This document shows, piece by piece, positions 52,903 to 61,162 of a DNA stretch of 64,000 nt. Under the pieces are notes generated by a model. The model had not been told where the DNA came from and did no database searches. It worked only from the letters and a program-made list of their open reading frames with translations. The stretch comes from a virus. The position numbers and the translations under genes were made by a program. Every line of letters begins with the position of its first letter. Positions within the stretch are counted from its first letter, which is position 1. The stretch is from positions 8,602-72,601 of the IMG/VR virus record IMGVR_UViG_3300022858_000345. One strand, 5' to 3'.

Positions 52903-55900
52903 ATGGCAGTTTCCGCAGAGACATCAATTATTATAGAAGCGATTAATAGAGCTTCAACAGAAATAAGACAAGTTCAAACGGACTTAATTGGTTTAGGGAA
53001 AACTGTAGGAGCTACTAATACAGGGATGGCGGCTTTCAGTTCTAAGTTAAAAAACATAGGAGGACAATTAAGAGGAATAGGTTTAGGTTTAACAGCTTCT
53101 TTGACGTTACCTTTGGTTTTATTAGGGAGAGCAGCATTAAAAACTTCTGAGGAATTTGAACAAAGTATTACGAATGCTTTCTCAGTAATGCAAGGGGCTT
53201 CTGAAAGTGCTAGAGAGGAGCTAACGCTATTCGCAAGACAATTAGGTAAAGATACTGCTTTTACAGCTAGTGAGGCGGCAGACGGTATATATAAACTAGC
53301 TTCAGCAGGTTTAGACACAAAACAAATAATAAAGACTCTTAATCCAGTATTAGCTTTAGCGGCAGCTACTCAATCAGAATTAGCAGATGTAGCAGAACAA
53401 GCTACTGTTGCTATGAAAGTATTTGGTTTAGAAGCTACTGAGGCTGAAAGGATTATGGATACTTTTGCGGCTGGTATTGCTAACACAAATTTAAATTTTA
53501 GTCGTATCCAAGAGGCTATGAAATTTGCTGCTCCTTCAATGGCGGCATTTGGGAAGACAGTAGAAGAAACAACTGCGGCATTAGGGCTATTTGCCAATGC
53601 AGGTATATTTGGAACTAGGGCGGGTACTGGGTTAAGAAGAATTTTATCAAGACTAGCCGATCCAACAGCAGAAATGGTTAAAGTATTTGGTGAATTAGGA
53701 ATAGCAATGGATGAGGTTAATCCAGCTACTAAGGATTTAGGAGAAATATTTGATGTACTTCAAGAAAGCGGTATCAATGCTACACAAACATTTCGAGCGT
53801 TTGGACAAATTGCGGCTACTCCTGTGGTAGCTGTGTTAAAATCTGCGGCAGGACAAGGGCAAGCTGTAAGTGAAGTATTAGACGAGCTTGAAGGAAAAAT
53901 GGGTAAGACAGGATTAGCGGCTAAAATAGCGGCAGAACAGATGGATACAGTTTCAGGAGAAATGAGAAAATTAAAATCATCCTTAGATGAGGTATTTCTT
54001 TCTTTTAAAGAAGATGTATTTGGAGACTCAATTAAAGAATTTATAAAAGATGTTAGAATATTTGTTAATGGCTTAGGGGAAATACCCGCAGCCACTAAAA
54101 GAACTATTGTAGAACTTGGTGGATTATTAGCAATAATAGGGCCATTAACTTTATTAATAGGGGGATTAACGGCGGCTATAGGTACTTTACTAACAACCGC
54201 AGGAGCTTTAGTAGGAGCGGTAGTCGCTATTTCAGCGGCTTTAATATTTTTCAGGGATAGTGCAATAGCACCACTTATAGCAGTATTAGCTACTTTTGGA
54301 GCTAGTTTATTAATAATAAATAAATTAGTAGGGTTTTATAAAGTGATACAAAAATCTGTAGTAGCTATGGCAGTTTATCAAAAAGCTATACAGGCGGGAA
54401 CGGTAGCAAATTTAGCTTTTGGTAAAAGTTTATTAGCTTTAGCAGTAAATCCTATTGTTTTAGCGGCGGCAGTTATTACTAGTTTAGTAGCTCTGTTTAT
54501 TAGAGCTAAAAATAAAGCTACTGAATTAGCAGTAGCCAACGAAAACTTAACAGAGTCTTTTAAACTTTTAAGTTCTGCTGGAGTTAAAGCACAGCAAGTC
54601 GTTACTCCTTTACAGGATGCTATAGATAAGACTAGAGAAGCTAGTGATGAGGTTAGAAGACTAGAAACACAACTTCAAAAGACTGATTTAGCTTTGGATA
54701 TTAAAACTCAGTCTTTTGATGATTTAAGAAAACAAATTTTAGATTTTTTAATAGCTACAGGTAGTACTAATGTAGAGATTCAAACTATAACGGGAAATAT
54801 GAGGTTATTTGGAAAAGCTGTAAATAAGTCTACAGACGATATTAATAAATTTGGTAGTAATGTTGAGTTAACTACCGAAGATTTAGCTGCTTTAGAAAAA
54901 GTATCTAAAGCTACAGCAATAACTATATCTCAGAATCTTAGTAAGGCTTTTGATTTTAATGTAAGTACTTTATTAAAATCAGGGGATACTTTAAAAGAAG
55001 CTCTGAATAAAACATTAGACGGGGCTAGAAAAGAGCTAGGCAAATTTCCTCAAGATGTTGAGTTAATGTTTGATGCTTTAAATACTCAATTTTTGGCTAG
55101 AATAGCTAACCAAGAAGGCATTGGGGCAGCCTATTCTTTTGCTTTTGGTAGAGGTATGACTTCTCAAGATGCTAAACAAAGTTTAGAGTCTGCTGGAGCT
55201 ACTATATCAGATACTACTATAGGAGCTATTTTAGCTAAAAGTAAGGACATTGAAGAGGCGGGAGAAATTGATGGTCTTTTATTTGCTTTAGCATTTGAAG
55301 ATGCAGGAGAAAGAGCTGCTATTAGAAGTGCTCCTAACGTATTAGCGGCTACCATAGATGCTTTAGATGCTAAAAGACAAGGTTTAGTGCAAGAAGGTAT
55401 TATAATAGGTACAGCCACAGGAAATGCAGTTGTAATAGGGCTAGAGAGTACTTTACCTTCTTTACAAGGGGTTACTAGAAGAATAGCTGAAGCTTTAAGT
55501 TTATTATCTACTAGTGCTGTAAAAGCTGGTCCAGTAGTTAATACTTTGGTAAAATCTTTAGGTAAAATGGCTGGAATAGAAGTAGTTAATTTTGAGCAAG
55601 CTAGTGATACTATGATTGATTTAGCTAAAGGAGCTAATGCGGCAACTGAAGAGCTGGATAACTTGCCACCTGCTATATCAGCAGGAGGATCAGCAGTTAA
55701 AGAGGCTACTAAAGAAATGAAAGAAATGTCCAGTTCTTTAAAAAGATTAGGAATATTTGCTGTTAGAGAAGGAGGAAAAATAGTTGATACTTTTGATAGC
55801 GTTGAAGAAGGAGTAGAAAAAGTAAAAGATAGATTAGCGGAATTAGATAATAGGCAAGCAGAGTTTGCTAGTAATGCTGATGAATTAGGAATTTCAATTA

Positions 55901-57390
55901 GAAATGCTATTGCTACAGGATTTGGAGGATTAGAGAACGTAGTAGATGATTATGCCGATGTAGAAGAAGTACTTGTAAATATAACTAAAGAAGTAGAAAC
56001 CTTACAAAAAGCTCACCAAAAATTTATCGATGACGCTGTATCAGGATTAGATAAATATGGAGGCATTATTCAAGATATAAATAAGGAGTATGATGAATTA
56101 CTTAATAAAACTTCTGAATCAGCGGCAATTGATATAGTTGAACAATATAATAAAGCATTAGATGACCAAGTTGAGGTAACAGGGCAATTAGCAGAAGCTC
56201 AAAAAGAATTGGATAGTGCTAGATCGGAAGGAGATCAAGATTCTATATCACGTTCTCAGGAAAGAGTAGATACTTTAAAAAAAGAAAAAGCAACTTTAGA
56301 TAAGTTTGTAACTGAATTTAAAAATTTGACTAAGGAAGGGCAAGATTTTAGTGAATCCCTTACTACAGTTCAAGAGAAGATTTCAGAAGCAACTATAAAA
56401 CAACAAGAATTACTTGAAGCAGGAAAAGAAACTGCGAAGATAGATCAGACTATTGCCGATTTAAGAACTCAAGAATTAATATTATTAGGAAAACAAAAAT
56501 TAGCTGTAGATGAAAGAGCTATTATAGAAGCACAATTAGCGGAAGATAAATTACAAAGAGATTTATCAGAGATTGATTTTATTGCTTATAAATTAGGTAA
56601 AGAGCTAGAAGCTATTAATGCTAAAAGAGCTGAAGAAATAAAAGCACAAGAAGATATTGCAAAAGTTCAAGCGGCTATTTCAGGATTATCTATAGATGAG
56701 TTATCGGCTAAAGGATTTAGTGATGATTTTATTGCTGAAGTGAATAAAATTAAAGATGCCTTACAATCTGAAGATTTAGGAGCTGCCTTAGCAGATTTAG
56801 GGTTAGATGTAACCGCAGAAGAATTAATTACAAAATATCAAGAAGAAGAGCAGTTAAGAAAAGATTCTTTAGACAGACAATTAGAATTACTTGAAAGAAC
56901 AAAAGAGCAGGAAGTAGAGATAGCTATAGAGACTAGATTAGAGTTACAGCAACAGCAAGCCTTATTAGAAGAAGATTTAACATTGAGCTACGATAGATTA
57001 ATAGTCAAATTAAAAGAAGTAGAGGCGGCTGCTATAAAAGCATTAGCGGCAAAAAGAGCGGCTGCTAGTAGCGATAGTTCGGGTAAAAAAGAAGGAGGAT
57101 TTGGTTTTGCTTCTGGTGGTTTTACTGGGGCGGGTAGTTTAGATAGCGTTGCAGGGCTAGTACACAAAGGAGAATGGGTTGCGCCTAATTGGATGGTAAA
57201 GAATTTTAGACCTATGATTGACTTACTTGAAGGAGTAAGGCAAAATAAGGCTAGAGGATTTGAAGAAGGAGGTATGGTTGGAGGAGGAACTACATTTAAT
57301 ACACCTGTTAATATGAAAAACATAATTAGCTCTCCTATGGACTTTAATAGTATAGCTAGAAATATTAAATGGCATTTGCGAACCCACTGA
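52903..57390 (+). CDS. Tape measure protein (TP901-family core)
   Basis: 1495 aa, Ala-rich and helical; TAFTASEAA..LASAG, GTRAGTGLR, hydrophobic middle, C-terminal FASGG..GLVHKGEWV. Confidence 0.95.
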   Translation: MAVSAETSIIIEAINRASTEIRQVQTDLIGLGKTVGATNTGMAAFSSKLKNIGGQLRGIGLGLTASLTLPLVLLGRAALKTSEEFEQSITNAFSVMQGASESAREELTLFARQLGKDTAFTASEAADGIYKLASAGLDTKQIIKTLNPVLALAAATQSELADVAEQATVAMKVFGLEATEAERIMDTFAAGIANTNLNFSRIQEAMKFAAPSMAAFGKTVEETTAALGLFANAGIFGTRAGTGLRRILSRLADPTAEMVKVFGELGIAMDEVNPATKDLGEIFDVLQESGINATQTFRAFGQIAATPVVAVLKSAAGQGQAVSEVLDELEGKMGKTGLAAKIAAEQMDTVSGEMRKLKSSLDEVFLSFKEDVFGDSIKEFIKDVRIFVNGLGEIPAATKRTIVELGGLLAIIGPLTLLIGGLTAAIGTLLTTAGALVGAVVAISAALIFFRDSAIAPLIAVLATFGASLLIINKLVGFYKVIQKSVVAMAVYQKAIQAGTVANLAFGKSLLALAVNPIVLAAAVITSLVALFIRAKNKATELAVANENLTESFKLLSSAGVKAQQVVTPLQDAIDKTREASDEVRRLETQLQKTDLALDIKTQSFDDLRKQILDFLIATGSTNVEIQTITGNMRLFGKAVNKSTDDINKFGSNVELTTEDLAALEKVSKATAITISQNLSKAFDFNVSTLLKSGDTLKEALNKTLDGARKELGKFPQDVELMFDALNTQFLARIANQEGIGAAYSFAFGRGMTSQDAKQSLESAGATISDTTIGAILAKSKDIEEAGEIDGLLFALAFEDAGERAAIRSAPNVLAATIDALDAKRQGLVQEGIIIGTATGNAVVIGLESTLPSLQGVTRRIAEALSLLSTSAVKAGPVVNTLVKSLGKMAGIEVVNFEQASDTMIDLAKGANAATEELDNLPPAISAGGSAVKEATKEMKEMSSSLKRLGIFAVREGGKIVDTFDSVEEGVEKVKDRLAELDNRQAEFASNADELGISIRNAIATGFGGLENVVDDYADVEEVLVNITKEVETLQKAHQKFIDDAVSGLDKYGGIIQDINKEYDELLNKTSESAAIDIVEQYNKALDDQVEVTGQLAEAQKELDSARSEGDQDSISRSQERVDTLKKEKATLDKFVTEFKNLTKEGQDFSESLTTVQEKISEATIKQQELLEAGKETAKIDQTIADLRTQELILLGKQKLAVDERAIIEAQLAEDKLQRDLSEIDFIAYKLGKELEAINAKRAEEIKAQEDIAKVQAAISGLSIDELSAKGFSDDFIAEVNKIKDALQSEDLGAALADLGLDVTAEELITKYQEEEQLRKDSLDRQLELLERTKEQEVEIAIETRLELQQQQALLEEDLTLSYDRLIVKLKEVEAAAIKALAAKRAAASSDSSGKKEGGFGFASGGFTGAGSLDSVAGLVHKGEWVAPNWMVKNFRPMIDLLEGVRQNKARGFEEGGMVGGGTTFNTPVNMKNIISSPMDFNSIARNIKWHLRTH

Positions 57391-57410
57391 TAATCTATAT
57401 AATTATATAG

Positions 57411-57965
57411 ATGAATAAAACAGGAAGAAAAATTGGGCATGAAGTTACTAAAGCTACAAGACTTAAAATGAGTTTAGCAGGGAAAGGTCGCAAAGCTTGG
57501 AATAAAGGAATACCTATGTCAGAGGAAGCTAAACTTAAATTGAGCAAAACTAATACAGGAAAAACATGGAGTGAGGAGCATATCAAAAAGAGGTCTATAA
57601 GCATAAAAAAAGCACACTCTACTAAAGGGATGAGGAAGAAAAAAAGTTTATTGCAAAAAGGATCAAAAGGGTCTAATTGGCAAGGAGGTATAACATCTAT
57701 GAATATTTGCGGGAGGAATACATCTAAATATAGGGATTGGAGAGAAGAGGTGTTCAAGCGAGATAACTATGAATGCCAAGAACCAGAATGTAAGAGCAAG
57801 AGAGGGAGTTACATAGAAGCTCATCATATAAAATCTTACTCGAAACACATAGAATTAAGGTATGATATAGGAAATGGTATTACATTATGCAAAAAGTGTC
57901 ATAGCAAAACAATTAAAAAAGAAACACATTATGAGAAAAAATATTTTAAACTACTAGCATTATGA
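57411..57965 (+). mobile_element. Free-standing NUMOD3 HNH homing endonuclease
   Basis: AWNKG, WQGG, RDNYEC, IEAHH, NGITLCKKCH. Promoter TTGCGA-16-TATAAT at 57376-57403 ends 7 nt before the ATG. Confidence 0.9.
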
Positions 57966-60052
57966 GGGGCTATTCGTACACTTTCACAAATAACTTTACA
58001 GGACAAACCTTTAGCATAGGTTTAGACGAGGTAGGTAATGAAGTATGTCAGTCTTATAATGGATTGCTTTTACAAGAGTATCCTGTATTTGAAGCAGAGA
58101 TTAGAAATGAAGAGCAAGACAGAGCTGGTCAGCATGGTATTTGGGACTTTTTTAGTTTTTATGGAAAAAGAAATGTTACTCTATCAGGAGTTATTTTAGC
58201 GAGTAGTTGGTCAAACTTAGTTCATTTACAAAACTTAGTTAAAGAGACACTATCATTACCAGCACAGCCTATACAGGGGACTAATGATGGTTATGTAAAT
58301 TTAAAATGGACAGATGCTCAAGGAATAGAATGGAATATGAATGTGAAACTTACTCAAGACCTTCAGTTTAGTCGTCCAAGTGGAAACCGATTAAGAAGTA
58401 CATTTTTTATATCTCTAAAATCAGATAGCCCTTATATATTATCTACTACTGAATATTCAGAAGCTTACTATAGAGGATGGAGACAAGGGTCTATGCCTTT
58501 ACCAGCTTATTTACCAGCATATGTAAATACAGTTTATAATGAAGTAGTTAATATTTACCAAGCGGGTACTGGAGATTCTCCTGGAACATATAGAGTATAT
58601 GGCCCAGCTACTAATCCAGTTTTAACAAAATTGACTGAAAATTTTGCAAGTGAAACGGTTATATCAGATTTTACTGATACTTGGACTGGAGGTACTGTAG
58701 ACACAGAGCATTCTTTAATTGGAGGACAAGCTCTAAAATTAACATCTATTGCTGGAGCGCAAGCTACTGCTACTATTACAAAATCTTTAGACTTAACAGG
58801 TGGTGAATTTATTTCTGGATATTTTTATGTAGATGACCCAGAAAATTTTGCTTACGGAGAATATACTGTTGGAGAAAATTATATAAAATTTATAGAAACA
58901 GATGGGGTAGATGAATTTGTTGCTGAATTATATTTAGGAAATAGAACTCCCAGGGTTGGGTGGAATTATTTTTACATGCGAAAGTCTGTATTTAATATTA
59001 TAGGGACTCCTAGTTGGGGTGATATTTCAAAGATAGAATTGAGCATCAAAGCAAAAGGAACAACTGATTTGAATGTTACCTTTGATGATTTTAGGAATAG
59101 AGATATTACATATAATGAGGTAAAATTAGAACTTACTACTACTTTGCTTGCAGGGGAGTATGTTGATTTTAATATTGCTACTGGAGCTATTACTAAAGAG
59201 GATGGTTCAGATTTATCCACATATTTGACTTCTGACAGCCAATGGTATTACGTGAGTCCAAAACAAAACTTATTCATATATGAATCAGATGGAGTAAGTC
59301 CTTTATCTACGGGAGTATTACCTAGGGTATATGCTGACCCTGTATCAGAAACCGACTTAACGGGTTACTGGCATTTTGATGATGCGGATACTGTAACTGC
59401 TATTGATTATGTAGGAAGTAACAATGGAGCTATTACGGGAGCTAATCCAGCTCAAGGAGCAGATCAATCTGGTTTGCTATTTAATGGTGCTAGTGGTGAT
59501 GTTAAAGTAACTGATACGGCTATATTTCAAAATATATTTGATGGAGGCGGAAGTGTAAGTGGGTGGTTTAAACCTTTATCAGATGGCGAGAATAATGAGG
59601 GGCATATTATAACAAAAGGAGAATGGTCAATTTATATTGAAGATGAAGCTGCTGGGTTCGTGAGATTGAAATTTAAAAAGACCTTTTCAGGAACAGACGG
59701 AGAGTGGAGAACTACTCGAACAATTCCTGTAGGGGAAGTAATTACATTTATTTTGACTTATAACGATAGTGCTGTAGGTAATAACCCAATACTCTACTTA
59801 GGAGAGGAAGGAGCTGTTGAAGCTCTTGCAGAGGTTTCTACTCCTGTTGGGGTTAGAGTGTCTGATATTGGAAGTGACTTGTATTTTGGGAATAATTCTG
59901 CCAATACTCGTACTTTTGATGGAATGATAGATGAATTGAGAACTTATTCATCTATTGTAACTGCGGCTTATGCAGTTGATTTAGCTGGGCAGGTTTCTCT
60001 TAATAAATATATAGATCAAGTTTCTATTACTTGGAATGACGCAATTTTATAA
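57962..60052 (+). CDS. Distal tail (Dit-like) protein with inserted carbohydrate-binding and LamG-like domains
   Basis: Follows TMP; RNVTLSG, GPATNP; C-terminal GYWHFDD...FDGMIDELRTY LamG/ConA signature. Confidence 0.75.
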   Translation: MRGYSYTFTNNFTGQTFSIGLDEVGNEVCQSYNGLLLQEYPVFEAEIRNEEQDRAGQHGIWDFFSFYGKRNVTLSGVILASSWSNLVHLQNLVKETLSLPAQPIQGTNDGYVNLKWTDAQGIEWNMNVKLTQDLQFSRPSGNRLRSTFFISLKSDSPYILSTTEYSEAYYRGWRQGSMPLPAYLPAYVNTVYNEVVNIYQAGTGDSPGTYRVYGPATNPVLTKLTENFASETVISDFTDTWTGGTVDTEHSLIGGQALKLTSIAGAQATATITKSLDLTGGEFISGYFYVDDPENFAYGEYTVGENYIKFIETDGVDEFVAELYLGNRTPRVGWNYFYMRKSVFNIIGTPSWGDISKIELSIKAKGTTDLNVTFDDFRNRDITYNEVKLELTTTLLAGEYVDFNIATGAITKEDGSDLSTYLTSDSQWYYVSPKQNLFIYESDGVSPLSTGVLPRVYADPVSETDLTGYWHFDDADTVTAIDYVGSNNGAITGANPAQGADQSGLLFNGASGDVKVTDTAIFQNIFDGGGSVSGWFKPLSDGENNEGHIITKGEWSIYIEDEAAGFVRLKFKKTFSGTDGEWRTTRTIPVGEVITFILTYNDSAVGNNPILYLGEEGAVEALAEVSTPVGVRVSDIGSDLYFGNNSANTRTFDGMIDELRTYSSIVTAAYAVDLAGQVSLNKYIDQVSITWNDAIL

Positions 60053-61131
60053 TGTATACAATTACTATATACAATAAGGATTTCTCTACTGCACACACTA
60101 CTCTTTTTCATGGGCCTGATTTTTCTAATTTGCAGTATGATCTTCAATTAATGAAGCCAGGAGGGTTACAATTTAGAGTGCAGTTAAGAAACGCTAAAGC
60201 TACTCCAGATAATTTTCAGCTTTTTAATAAAGTAATTCTTAGTGAGGATGGGACTGATTTGATGATAACTTATATAGAGAATTTATCTATGGATACTAAT
60301 ACTATGGATATTACTTGTACTGGTATTCTAGGACTCTTTAAAAAGCGACTATATTCTGCTAATTTAGCAGGAGATTCTGCAACAGCTTTTGAGGCTATTT
60401 TAACAGCTACAAACGCAATAGATGATACTGGAATAACATTTGGAACGTCTGATGTTGTGGATACTATTACAGATGTTAAATTTAATAGAAGTACTATTCT
60501 CGCTGCTTGGTCAAAACTTGCTAATTTAGCGGGTTCAGAATTTATTATAAATGGGGATAAAACTTTAGATTTTTTACAAGAGATAGGTACAGACCAAAGT
60601 GCTTCTGTTGTTTTGAGATATAGAGTGACTCAGATTAATATGGCTACGCTTAATGAATTTTCAGTAGATGTTGAAGGGAAGGATATGACTAACAAAGTAG
60701 TAGGATTAGGTTCAGGAGGTATAACAGACGTACAACAAAGTGCGGCTAGTATAACTAAATATGGAGTATTAGAATCTTCAAAAAGTTTAATTCAAACAGA
60801 TGATGCTACTGATTTAGCTACTGAAACTGCTAATTTTGTGGCTAATCATAAAGAAGAATTTTATGCTCCAAGTATTGTAGTAAACACTAGTAAAATTGAT
60901 GCGAGTATTTTAGGAATAGGAGATACAGTTACAGTCGATTTAAATAATGGATTTATAGAAGTTAATGGAGCTTATAGAATTATTAAAAAAATGGTATCTG
61001 TCTCTAACAATTTAACAGAAGAAGTAAACTTAGAACTCATGGCCGTAGGGATAAATGTATTGCCTAATACACCCTTTGAAGATATAGTTAGTATCGAAGA
61101 TAGAGTTAGTTTATTAGAATCTGAATTATAA
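60052..61131 (+). CDS. Baseplate hub/Tal-like minor tail protein
   Basis: Position after Dit; SITKYGVLE, LGIGDTVTV. Confidence 0.7.
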   Translation: MYTITIYNKDFSTAHTTLFHGPDFSNLQYDLQLMKPGGLQFRVQLRNAKATPDNFQLFNKVILSEDGTDLMITYIENLSMDTNTMDITCTGILGLFKKRLYSANLAGDSATAFEAILTATNAIDDTGITFGTSDVVDTITDVKFNRSTILAAWSKLANLAGSEFIINGDKTLDFLQEIGTDQSASVVLRYRVTQINMATLNEFSVDVEGKDMTNKVVGLGSGGITDVQQSAASITKYGVLESSKSLIQTDDATDLATETANFVANHKEEFYAPSIVVNTSKIDASILGIGDTVTVDLNNGFIEVNGAYRIIKKMVSVSNNLTEEVNLELMAVGINVLPNTPFEDIVSIEDRVSLLESEL

Positions 61132-61162
61132 TATAGTATAGTTAATTTAACAGAAATCAATT

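Noticed and set aside
52974-57440. Several minus-strand ORFs within the tape measure gene
   Set aside because: These are shadow ORFs of Ala-rich coding DNA with no recognisable domains, unlike the antisense nuclease at 34859-35704.
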